Assembly (NCBI GenBank): GCA_001464715.1
Contig: LNDT01000023.1
Coordinates: 12,385-76,384 of the forward strand
DNA length: 64,000 nucleotides
Source of the DNA: Bdellovibrionales bacterium Ga0074137
GTDB lineage: Bacteria; Bdellovibrionota; Bdellovibrionia; Bdellovibrionales; JAMPXM01
Reading direction: 5' to 3'
This document shows positions 45,616-54,110 of the stretch, in pieces. The notes beneath the pieces are model-generated. The model was not told the DNA's origin. It did no database searches and worked only from the letters and a program-made list of their open reading frames with translations. Position 1 is the stretch's first letter; every line of letters starts with the position of its first letter. The position numbers and the translations under genes are program-made.

Positions 45616-46947
45616 ATGTCGAACGAAATAGTAATCGCGGGTCTCGATATTGGCTCGACCAAGGTCTCGGTCGTCATCGGTGTTGTTCGCGCGACGCCGA
45701 ATGCGATTGCGAACATATCGTCGGCCAATATGAGTTCCGCAGTGAACCTTGAGTTTCCAGGTGATCTTCAATTGGAAGTGATCGGCCTCGGAACGGCGCC
45801 GTCGAATGGCATCCGGCAAGGTGTCGTCGTCAATGTCGAGTCGACGATCGAAGCTATAGCAAAAGCAAGAGAAGAAGCCGAGCTCATGGCTGGCTACCGA
45901 ATCAGCGATGTATACATTGCGGTGGGTGGCAATCACGTGAAATCTTTTGATTCGCGCGGCATGATTGCGATTCGAAATCGCGAAGTGAAGCCCGATGATA
46001 TCACGCGAGTGATTGAAGCGGCAAAAGCGGTGGCTGTTCCCAGCGACCGACAAGTTCTGCACGTACTTCCCAGAGAATTTAAAATCGACGAGCAAGCCGG
46101 AATTTCGGATCCCGTCGGCATGTCGGGAGTTCGTCTCGAAGCCAATGTTCATATTATCACGGCTGGCCAAACGGCTCTTCAGAACATGATCAAGTGTTCT
46201 GAAAAAGCGGGTCTTCATGTGCGCGGCCTTGTACTTCAGCAGTTTGCTTCTTCGCTTGCGGTGTTGTCGGAAGACGAGCGAAAGCTTGGCGTGGCCGTTG
46301 TCGATATCGGCGGCGGAACAAGCGACATCATGACTTACGTTGCGGGTGCTGTTGCGCACACGGCGACTGTTCCCGTTGGCGGCGCACATTTCACACAAGA
46401 TGTAGCGATGGGTCTTCGAACACCGCAGTCGGCCGCAGAGACAGTAAAGAAAAAGTACGGTTGTGCGATTGCGGATCTTGTCGATGAAAATGAAACGATC
46501 GAGGTTGAAGGTGTTGGCGGCCGAAAGCCACGCTCACTTCTTCGCCGAGATCTTTGTGAAGTGATCGAACCGCGAGCGGAAGAGACCATTCTTCTAATTT
46601 GGCAGGAGATCCGTCGCTCGGGTCTTGCGAATCAAATTGGATCTGGCATCGTTCTCACGGGCGGCGCAAGTCAGCTCGAGGGTTTGAATGAAATGGGTGA
46701 GTTTATTTGTGAAGTTCCTGTGCGCCGGGGTGTTCCCGAGCGTATCGGTGGACTGACCGATGTTGTGAAGAGCCCCGAGTTCTCTACAACGGTCGGGCTT
46801 TTGATTTATGGGATCGAGAATTTGTCAGTACATGAGAAGCAGCGCTTGGTTCAAGCCGGCCGAGAAGGAGACATCACGGGAGTGAGTGAGACGTTCGAGA
46901 ACGTCGCTCGCAAAGTGAAGGACTTTTTCGGTGGTGCATTGAGCTAG
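45616..46947 (+). CDS. ftsA: Cell-division protein FtsA
   Basis: Actin-fold motifs VIAGLDIGSTKVSVVIG, VVDIGGGTSDI and VLTGGASQLEGL. The start is uncertain, since in-frame ATGs exist back to 45514. Confidence 0.88.
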   Translation: MSNEIVIAGLDIGSTKVSVVIGVVRATPNAIANISSANMSSAVNLEFPGDLQLEVIGLGTAPSNGIRQGVVVNVESTIEAIAKAREEAELMAGYRISDVYIAVGGNHVKSFDSRGMIAIRNREVKPDDITRVIEAAKAVAVPSDRQVLHVLPREFKIDEQAGISDPVGMSGVRLEANVHIITAGQTALQNMIKCSEKAGLHVRGLVLQQFASSLAVLSEDERKLGVAVVDIGGGTSDIMTYVAGAVAHTATVPVGGAHFTQDVAMGLRTPQSAAETVKKKYGCAIADLVDENETIEVEGVGGRKPRSLLRRDLCEVIEPRAEETILLIWQEIRRSGLANQIGSGIVLTGGASQLEGLNEMGEFICEVPVRRGVPERIGGLTDVVKSPEFSTTVGLLIYGIENLSVHEKQRLVQAGREGDITGVSETFENVARKVKDFFGGALS

Positions 46948-46998
46948 CGTCCGCTGGGCAGAATGCCCATGTGGAATAAGACCTAAACGGAGGGGTAA

Positions 46999-48741
46999 AT
47001 GTTCGAACTCGAGGAAAATATCAATATCGGCGCAAATATTAAAGTCGTGGGTGTCGGTGGTGGCGGTAACAACGCAATCACGACGATGATCGACGGCGGT
47101 CTTCAGGGCGTCGAATTCATCGTGGCCAATACGGATCGCCAGGTTCTGGCGTCCCATCGGGCTTCAAAGAAAATCAATCTTGGATCTGAACTGACAAAAG
47201 GTTTGGGCGCTGGTGCAAATCCCGAGATCGGGAAGCGTTCGGCGATCGAATCCTACAACGATATCGTGGAAGCTCTTGAAGGAGCCGACATGGTTTTCGT
47301 CACAGCTGGTATGGGCGGTGGAACGGGAACCGGAGCTGCGCCGATCGTCGCTAAAATCGCTCGTGAAATGGGAGCCCTCACAATCGGTGTTGTGACTCGA
47401 CCCTTCTTATTCGAAGGTAAAAAGCGAATGCGAAACGCTGATGGCGGTATCGCTGAACTTCGCGAGAACGTCGACACTCTTATTGTCATTCCAAACCAAA
47501 AACTTCTTTCGATCTCTAACGATCGAACGACGTTGGTCGACAGCTTTAAACGTGCCGACGAAGTTCTTCTTCACGCGGTGAAGGGAATTTCGGATCTCAT
47601 CAACGTTCGCGGTTACATCAACCTCGACTTTGCCGATATCCGAACAGTCATGGCATCAAAAGGTATGGCGATTATGGGTACGGGTCGAGCGCGCGGTGAA
47701 AATCGTGCGGTCGAAGCGGCCACAGCGGCGATCTCGTCACCTCTTCTTGAAAATATCTCGATCGATGGCGCGACAGGAATCGTCGTGAACATCACAGGCG
47801 CTGATCTTTTGATGAACGAAGTGAACGAAGCGACAACGCTGATCACGGAAGCCGCGCACGAGTCGGCCGAAGTTATCTTCGGAGCCGTGATCGACGAATC
47901 TTTGGGCGACGAAATTCAGATCACTGTTATCGCAACGGGCTTCGGGCTTGATCCTGCCGTTATGCACGCCAACGAACATTTGGCGCAGATGCAGGCTCTT
48001 CAGCACCAAGTTCGCGCTTCACAACAGGTGAACTCGATGGCGCAGGCGTTGACCTCGCAGGTCACAAATCAAATGACCTCGCAGGTTACATCGCAAATGG
48101 CCGCGCAGGTCACCGCGCAACCAACTTATGCGGCGCCCTCGCCCGCGACACATCAGGCTCAGCACCAGGTCCAACATCAGGCCAATTACCAAACTCCGGT
48201 AGCGCCGCAAAGTGTTTGGCCCGCGATGCCTCAGCCGGGAGCCTATGCGCCGAACGCAGCTCCCCCAATGACTCAACCGATGACGCAGCCAATGACGCAG
48301 CCAATGACTCAGCCAATGACTCAGGCGATGAATTATTCGGCCCAGCCAATGACGGCTCAGCCTGTGTCGCAGCCGATGTCAGAATACGCGCAGCCAATTC
48401 AGCCGCAGTATGGGGCTCAGTCGTTGGCGACCTCGGAAGAGGGACCGATTCTGAATCTCAACGGATCTCCCGCGCCGCAAGCAGAAGCTGAAAAGCCTCT
48501 GCCGCGAGATATCCTCCTCCAGAAAGTTCGTCAGTACCGCGAATCACAAGCAAGACGCGCGGGTGCGATTCAACCCGAGCAGTTGGCGATGGACGTCGAG
48601 GGACCTGAGAGTTCATTGGAAGCAGCACGCCGCTTGGCCAGTGAGATTGTTCGATCCCCGTTTGATCCCAAAAATCTTGATGTACCGACATTTCTTCGCC
48701 GTAAGACACGTGAAGAAGAGTCGGAAAATCCGACTATCTAG
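46999..48741 (+). CDS. ftsZ: Cell-division GTPase FtsZ with an unusually long repeat-containing C-terminal linker
   Basis: Motifs [24 protein letters not shown] and [12 protein letters not shown] (tubulin signature). 580 aa. The C-terminal peptide DVPTFLRRK is the conserved FtsA/ZipA-binding tail. Confidence 0.95.
   Translation: MFELEENINIGANIKVVGVGGGGNNAITTMIDGGLQGVEFIVANTDRQVLASHRASKKINLGSELTKGLGAGANPEIGKRSAIESYNDIVEALEGADMVFVTAGMGGGTGTGAAPIVAKIAREMGALTIGVVTRPFLFEGKKRMRNADGGIAELRENVDTLIVIPNQKLLSISNDRTTLVDSFKRADEVLLHAVKGISDLINVRGYINLDFADIRTVMASKGMAIMGTGRARGENRAVEAATAAISSPLLENISIDGATGIVVNITGADLLMNEVNEATTLITEAAHESAEVIFGAVIDESLGDEIQITVIATGFGLDPAVMHANEHLAQMQALQHQVRASQQVNSMAQALTSQVTNQMTSQVTSQMAAQVTAQPTYAAPSPATHQAQHQVQHQANYQTPVAPQSVWPAMPQPGAYAPNAAPPMTQPMTQPMTQPMTQPMTQAMNYSAQPMTAQPVSQPMSEYAQPIQPQYGAQSLATSEEGPILNLNGSPAPQAEAEKPLPRDILLQKVRQYRESQARRAGAIQPEQLAMDVEGPESSLEAARRLASEIVRSPFDPKNLDVPTFLRRKTREEESENPTI
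48268..48327 (+). repeat. In-frame 12-bp tandem repeat (x5) encoding (MTQP)n inside the FtsZ linker
   Basis: atgactcaaccg atgacgcagcca atgacgcagcca atgactcagcca atgactcaggcg. Confidence 0.9.
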
Positions 48742-48762
48742 ATTTTTCAGACGCAATTATCG

Positions 48763-48797
48763 AAAAAAAGCCCGGGAGTTTTCCCGGGCTTTTTTTT
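48763..48797 (+). terminator. Strong Rho-independent terminator after ftsZ (end of the dcw operon); potentially bidirectional
   Basis: aaaaaaagcccggga-gttt-tcccgggcttttttttt. Confidence 0.9.
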
Positions 48798-48850
48798 ATT
48801 CGAACGCTTCACTGTTAAGACCTTGAGTCCAATGCAAGTCATCCGCTACT

Positions 48851-49618
48851 TTGGCTAAAGTGAGAGCAAAGTTCGTCTCTGATATTCACATCAACGGCCC
48901 CGAAGATCCAAGACTTGAAAAGTTTGAATCTGTCCTACGTTCGTCTTTAACCGACGGAACCTCGCACCTTTTTTTAGTGGGCGATATTTTCGATCTTTGG
49001 GTGGGAAGCCATTCATTTTTTCGCGAGCGCTACTTGGCCGTCGTCGAATTAATCCAACAGTTGCGGCGCCAAAATGTAGAAGTTAATTACTTCGAAGGAA
49101 ATCACGACTTACATATTCAGAAACTTTGGTCGATTGAGCTAAAATGCCGTGTGTTCACCGAGCCATCCTACTTTGATCTGGGCGGGCTTCGAATTCGTGT
49201 GGAACATGGCGACCAAATGAATCCCGAGGATACAGGTTACCTTTTTCTTCGTGGGATCTTAAGAACCGGTTTTGTGAAGTGGTTGGCCGACACTCTACCG
49301 GGCTCTGTGATTCAGTCGATCGGCGATAAAATGAGCCGCTCAAGCCGCAAGTGGACATCAAGTCCACTTAAGGCGCGCGATGAAGCCGCAATTAAAAATA
49401 TGATTCGAAATCACGCTAGGCGTGTACGAAAAAACGAGGCGCCTTTTGACCTACTAATTTCCGGCCATGTTCACGTTCGCGATGATTTCAGTTGGCAAGA
49501 CGAACTCTCGGGAACCGACGTGAGGTCCGTGAATTTAGGTTGGTGGGCACCATCTGGTGGCGCCCCGATTTTTATCTTTTGCATCGACGCCGAAGGCCGC
49601 CGATGGATTGAGCTTTAA
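48851..49618 (+). CDS. lpxH: UDP-2,3-diacylglucosamine diphosphatase LpxH-like metallophosphoesterase
   Basis: TTG start. FVSDIHINGPEDP...LFLVGDIFDLWVGS parallels the LpxH DxH...GDLF..W.G motif. Also GNHD, VEHGD and SGHVH metallophosphoesterase boxes. Confidence 0.65.
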   Translation: MAKVRAKFVSDIHINGPEDPRLEKFESVLRSSLTDGTSHLFLVGDIFDLWVGSHSFFRERYLAVVELIQQLRRQNVEVNYFEGNHDLHIQKLWSIELKCRVFTEPSYFDLGGLRIRVEHGDQMNPEDTGYLFLRGILRTGFVKWLADTLPGSVIQSIGDKMSRSSRKWTSSPLKARDEAAIKNMIRNHARRVRKNEAPFDLLISGHVHVRDDFSWQDELSGTDVRSVNLGWWAPSGGAPIFIFCIDAEGRRWIEL

Positions 49619-49631
49619 GAGAAGCTTCTTT

Positions 49632-50051
49632 TTAGTTTAAGTAAATCTCTTGCAAATTACACTTCACACAAGAGAGTTTGATTTTTACCTGCGTGCGCGA
49701 CGTGTTGGTGTAGTGAACTTGGGCTTCCATGAGGCCACCCAACTGATCGTGCATCTCGACGCGAATCCGCTTTCGGCCTTTATTGTGCTCAAGATTTCCA
49801 ATGGCCAAAAGCTGGCCTGTCGCTCGGTCGATCAAACGCACGACACTCATCTGCCGACCGTGCCCCATGTTAATTTCCTGAACCATTACTTCCGACATTC
49901 CGCCGGGGAGAAGCCAATGTAGCTTTGCCAGTGGCATTGGGAACGGGCAGTCGCGGCAGGCTTTCGCTTCATCTATGAGGGCGGTCTGCGACGTCATAAA
50001 AGCTAAAATCAGAACAGTGAGGAACGTTGTCGACTTCATTTTGGACTCCAT
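49632..50051 (-). CDS. Small secreted hypothetical protein
   Basis: Signal peptide MKSTTFLTVLILAFMTSQTALI. Cys pairs (CRDC...CVKC). No family recognised. Confidence 0.5.
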   Translation of the reverse strand: MESKMKSTTFLTVLILAFMTSQTALIDEAKACRDCPFPMPLAKLHWLLPGGMSEVMVQEINMGHGRQMSVVRLIDRATGQLLAIGNLEHNKGRKRIRVEMHDQLGGLMEAQVHYTNTSRTQVKIKLSCVKCNLQEIYLN

Positions 50052-50063
50052 AATCTTCGATTT

Positions 50064-51245
50064 CTAATTTGTTAGACTTGCGGTGGTGCCGAGCGCCCGT
50101 GCTGGGCGGACGGCATCTTCGCGAGGTTCGAGTTGCTCGTTGTTTTCGATGATTTCTAATCGAAGCTTGGGGTTCAGATAGTAACCCTCTTTGCCTCGCA
50201 AAATAAATTCCGTCGTCGAGCCTTCGCTCTCAAGGAGGCGGCGGAGACGTTTGATATTCACATAAATTTTATTGTCGTGAGTTTGCGGCCGATAACTTTC
50301 GTTCCACACTTCGCGCACGAGAAGTTCTTTTTTTAGAACGACACCGGGCTTTAACATCGCGGCCCGCATGAAAACTGTCAGTAGGTCCCGTAGCAAAAAC
50401 TGCCCATCAAACCTAACTTCAGCGTGACCCAACACGGTCAGGCGGTTCGTCTCAAGATCCAACAACAGATCGAAATTACTTTTGGTGTCCCGCAGATTCA
50501 CCAACGCTTCGTCCACGATGCGTGCAATTCGCGGAAACTCTGTTCGCTTTAGCGATCGCTGCGCGAGATCTAAATATATTCGGGCTGCACCTGCGTCGCC
50601 TTTATCGCGAAGGATGGTCCCCAATGTCGCCAACGTGTGAAGATAAAGCCCAAGATGCGGTTGTTCTTTTAAGGATTCAAAAGCGCTCCACGCGCTTGAA
50701 AGAGCGCCGTCGACGTCCTTTCGATTGCGAAGTATCAGAGCTCGCAAAAGGAGAGAAGATGACGAGAGCTCGGAAATGGGATTACAGCTGAGGAGCGTCG
50801 TGAGCTTCTCAAGTTCTTGAAGAGCGTCCTCGTAGCGGCCGCGAGCATAAAGAACTGTAGCGGCACCGTAAAGCGGCCAAGCCAAAGCCGAGCGGTCTTG
50901 GCATGCCATTGCGAACTGGATGGAATTTCTAAAACGTTCCATCGCGGCTTCGTGTTTTTCGCCTTGGTAGACGAGGCAAATCCCCAAGACATAGTGCATT
51001 CTCGAGAGAAGTTTTGGACTGACCGTCGAAGTGTCTTTTTGCTGATTGGCGAAAAATTCCAGAATTCGTGTTTCGATTTTTGAAACATCAGCGAAGGCTT
51101 CTTGCTCGGCCAGTAACCGCAAAACATAGATTGAGCATTCGACGAAGCGGGCGCCGTCGCCCGAGCGATGAAAGCGATTCGCAAGTTTTTCGAACTCCGG
51201 TTTTGCCAGAGAATAATCACCGCGGTGATAGGCATAGAGCGCCAT
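50064..51245 (-). CDS. TPR-repeat protein with a C-terminal OmpR/PhoB-type winged-helix DNA-binding domain
   Basis: The N-terminal ~270 aa show repeated TPR-like A/Y/L patterns (ALYAYHRGDYSLAKPEFEKL, VLGICLVYQGEKHEAAMERF, ATVLYARGRYEDALQEL). The C-terminal LLVREVWNESYRPQTHDNKIYVNIKRLRRLLE...GYYLN matches the trans_reg_C pattern. Confidence 0.65.
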   Translation of the reverse strand: MALYAYHRGDYSLAKPEFEKLANRFHRSGDGARFVECSIYVLRLLAEQEAFADVSKIETRILEFFANQQKDTSTVSPKLLSRMHYVLGICLVYQGEKHEAAMERFRNSIQFAMACQDRSALAWPLYGAATVLYARGRYEDALQELEKLTTLLSCNPISELSSSSLLLRALILRNRKDVDGALSSAWSAFESLKEQPHLGLYLHTLATLGTILRDKGDAGAARIYLDLAQRSLKRTEFPRIARIVDEALVNLRDTKSNFDLLLDLETNRLTVLGHAEVRFDGQFLLRDLLTVFMRAAMLKPGVVLKKELLVREVWNESYRPQTHDNKIYVNIKRLRRLLESEGSTTEFILRGKEGYYLNPKLRLEIIENNEQLEPREDAVRPARALGTTASLTN

Positions 51246-51371
51246 CTGAAAGCGCGCCGCCCAGGGGCCAGTGCCCCAATCCGTGGTCAGTTTTGCTTGG
51301 TCTGTGTGATTGATGGGGCCGACCTCGTGTCAGTTTCTGTTTCGGGAGAAAAGAAACTGTCAAAGTCTGAC

Positions 51372-53144
51372 TTAACGAGCAAGCCGTGACTCACGGCGCA
51401 CTTTTGCTGCGCCGCCAGCAGGATTTTTGGGAGACGACTTTTTGGAGGTGGCCGTCGCATCGCTCAAGAGCTGTTTGGCGTGAGCGAGCGACGTCGGACT
51501 TACTTTTTCTCCCGAAATCAGGCGTGCGATTTCGCGAATTCGGTGGTCCGCCGTGAGTTCCGTCACATCCATCAGTGCCGCGTCTTTAAGCGTCGTTTTG
51601 CGGATGAAAAAGTGCGCATCGCCGTGGGCTGCAACCTGCGGTAAGTGCGTAACGCTGATCACTTGTTGGCCTTTGGCGATGGTTCGAAGCTTGCGTCCGA
51701 CCTTTTCAGCGGTCTCGCCGCTGACGCCCGTATCGACCTCGTCGAAGAGGTAGGTTCGGGGCAAAAGCCCTTCGCCGACAATCTGTTTGATCGAAAGTAG
51801 AATTCTAGAAAGTTCGCCGCCGCTGGCCGCTTTGCCAAGAGGTCTTGGTGCGTCTGACTTCGAAGTTTTGGTCATAAACTCGATATCACTTTGCCCGGTC
51901 GAGTGAAACTCACTCAGCAACTGAACATTCACCAGAAGTTCCACGCCTTTCATATTGAGTTCTAAAAGTTCATGATTCACTTCTCGGCCGAAGAGCTCGG
52001 CCGCGGAGCGCCTTTTTTCGTGGAGTTCAGTTGCAATCTTCTTCATGCGGTCCGCGAGGGCGCGAAGTTCCGCCTGAAGGCTCGAAAGCCTTTCGTCGCT
52101 GGCTTCAAGGAGATTGATTTCATTTTCAGTCGCTTCGAGCGCTGTCAGAATATCTTGCGCGGTGCCGCCGTATTTTTTTTGAAGCTGCCGAAGTCGACTG
52201 AGTTTTGATTCAAGCTGGTCGAGGCGCGCCGGATCGGCCTCGAGTTTATGACTGTAATCGCGCATTTCATAAACGACATCTTGAATGAGCGACCGAGCTT
52301 GTTCTAGCGGAGCAATCGTTTCGCTGAGACGCGGATCAAGGCCGCGAAGTTCGCCAGCCTTCGTAACAAGGCCGTGGATGCGAGTTAAAACTGAATCTTC
52401 ATCGCCATCGAGTGAATCTTGCGTGAGTGAAGCGAAGTCGATCAGGCGGCGGGCGTGCTTGAGTCGCTTCGTGTCGGCTTCGATTGTGACTTCGTCGCCA
52501 GGTGCCAAATCCAGCGAACGAATTTCGTCGCGCTGAAAAATCAGGAAGTCTAACTTAAGTGCCTGATTTCTTTCGTCGAGTTGGATTTGCTCGATCTCGG
52601 CCTCGACATCGCGGTGACGTTCAAAAAGCGAAGAAAACTCCCCGCGAAGTGCCGTGGTTCCGGCGTACTGATCGAGAAGTTCTAAGTGGTACGACTTCGA
52701 CAGGAGGTGTCGGTTGTCGTGTTGGCCGGTCATCTCGATCAGCGGAACAGCTTGTCCCGTGACTTCGACCATCGGGCTTACCACTTCGCGAAGTGCTGCG
52801 AGAGTCGACAATGAGCCATTGATGTAAACGCGAGCTTTTGAGCCGTGAGCGACGATCCGGCGAACAACCATCGTGTCATCGCTGGATTCGATTCCCATTC
52901 CTGTCAAACGCGCGCGAATGTCCGGGCGTCCACTGACATCAAAAGATCCTTCGATCAGCGCTTGTTCGGCGCCTGAACGAATCGCCGTCGCATCGGCCTT
53001 ATCGCCCATAAGAAGGCCGAGGCTTTTTAGGAGAATCGATTTTCCAGCGCCGGTTTCGCCACTCAAGACGTTTAGGCCCTTTCGAAACGAAAGCTGAATA
53101 TTGTCGATGATCGCAAAATTCGAAACGCGAAGTTCGTCGAGCAT
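51372..53144 (-). CDS. recN: DNA repair protein RecN
   Basis: MLDELRVSNFAIIDNIQLSF...LSGETGAGKSILL (Walker A), a long coiled-coil middle region, ASGGELSRILL (signature) and YLFDEVDTGVSG (Walker B). Has a basic C-terminal tail. Confidence 0.92.
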   Translation of the reverse strand: MLDELRVSNFAIIDNIQLSFRKGLNVLSGETGAGKSILLKSLGLLMGDKADATAIRSGAEQALIEGSFDVSGRPDIRARLTGMGIESSDDTMVVRRIVAHGSKARVYINGSLSTLAALREVVSPMVEVTGQAVPLIEMTGQHDNRHLLSKSYHLELLDQYAGTTALRGEFSSLFERHRDVEAEIEQIQLDERNQALKLDFLIFQRDEIRSLDLAPGDEVTIEADTKRLKHARRLIDFASLTQDSLDGDEDSVLTRIHGLVTKAGELRGLDPRLSETIAPLEQARSLIQDVVYEMRDYSHKLEADPARLDQLESKLSRLRQLQKKYGGTAQDILTALEATENEINLLEASDERLSSLQAELRALADRMKKIATELHEKRRSAAELFGREVNHELLELNMKGVELLVNVQLLSEFHSTGQSDIEFMTKTSKSDAPRPLGKAASGGELSRILLSIKQIVGEGLLPRTYLFDEVDTGVSGETAEKVGRKLRTIAKGQQVISVTHLPQVAAHGDAHFFIRKTTLKDAALMDVTELTADHRIREIARLISGEKVSPTSLAHAKQLLSDATATSKKSSPKNPAGGAAKVRRESRLAR

Positions 53145-53146
53145 GC

Positions 53147-54100
53147 CTAGTTCCTCTCTCCAAATTTCAACTTTTCACGAAGGAGCTGAAAGAAATTATG
53201 CGAAGGGCGGCGGACGGTAATGTGGTCGATCGGACTTCGCGTGATCAAAACTTCATCTTCAAATGTGACTTCACCGCAGTGGGCCCCATCGACCGTGAGA
53301 ATGGCGTGCTTCGCTTTTTGAGTGACGTGAAAGCGAAGGCGCTGATCGTCTGGAAAAATCAAAGGTCGGCTGGTCAATGCATGGGGACACACCGGTGTGA
53401 CGACGATGGACTTTGTTTCAGGGTGAAGGATCGGGCCACCAGCCGCCAAATTGTACGCCGTTGATCCCGTGGGGGTCGCAATGATCAAAGCATCAGCTTT
53501 GATTTCACCGACCTGGTGTTTCTCGCTGTGAATTTCAATGTTGATCAAGTGGGTGATAGAGCCGCGCTCGAGAACGGCGTCATTGAGCGCCATGTATTCG
53601 CCGCGAAGTTTTCCTTTTCGTCGAATTTCAATGGAGAGCATCGAACGCGCGCGGAAATCCATCTTTCCGCCAAGAGTGGCGATGACGGTGTTGAACAAGT
53701 CTTCCACTCGCGTTTCAGTCAAAAATCCAAGGGATCCCATATTCACGCCTAAAACCGGAACGGCGTGACGGCCCAGCATCCGCACTGCACCTAGGTACGT
53801 TCCGTCGCCACCCAGCACGACCACCAAATCAAGACGGTCGAGATCCTTTGTACCGACGACCTTAAAACCGCGTCCTAAAGACTGACCAGGGGCCGCAAGA
53901 ACTTCGGATCCCTGTTCGCTCAGCCACGTCGCAAGCTCCACAGACTTCTGAACCGCGAGTGCCGTTTGTGGTCGATACAAAATCGCAACCACACGTTGAC
54001 CTAAAGTGGAGCGCTGCTTTTTAGAAGTTTTCGGCTTCTGGTTCGGTCTCTGGTTCTGCTTTTGGCCCGCGGTGGAAATTACTTTTTTTGTTTTCGCCAT
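53147..54100 (-). CDS. nadK: NAD(+) kinase, with a Lys/Gln-rich N-terminal extension
   Basis: Motifs VVVLGGDGTYL, GVNMGSLGFLT and ATPTGSTAYNLAAGGPI. The start may be internal. Confidence 0.88.
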   Translation of the reverse strand: MAKTKKVISTAGQKQNQRPNQKPKTSKKQRSTLGQRVVAILYRPQTALAVQKSVELATWLSEQGSEVLAAPGQSLGRGFKVVGTKDLDRLDLVVVLGGDGTYLGAVRMLGRHAVPVLGVNMGSLGFLTETRVEDLFNTVIATLGGKMDFRARSMLSIEIRRKGKLRGEYMALNDAVLERGSITHLINIEIHSEKHQVGEIKADALIIATPTGSTAYNLAAGGPILHPETKSIVVTPVCPHALTSRPLIFPDDQRLRFHVTQKAKHAILTVDGAHCGEVTFEDEVLITRSPIDHITVRRPSHNFFQLLREKLKFGERN

Positions 54101-54110
54101 TCTGGAATTC

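Noticed and set aside
45541-46398. 285-aa antisense ORF inside ftsA. Similar long shadow ORFs occur at 33950-34624 (in murF), 560-1195 (in flgD), 35098-35640 (opposite the HNH gene), 40628-40993, 30714-31178 and 50735-51235
   Set aside because: All lie opposite or out of frame to genes with unambiguous family motifs. Their Arg/Ser/Pro-rich composition is typical of shadow ORFs in moderately GC-rich DNA.
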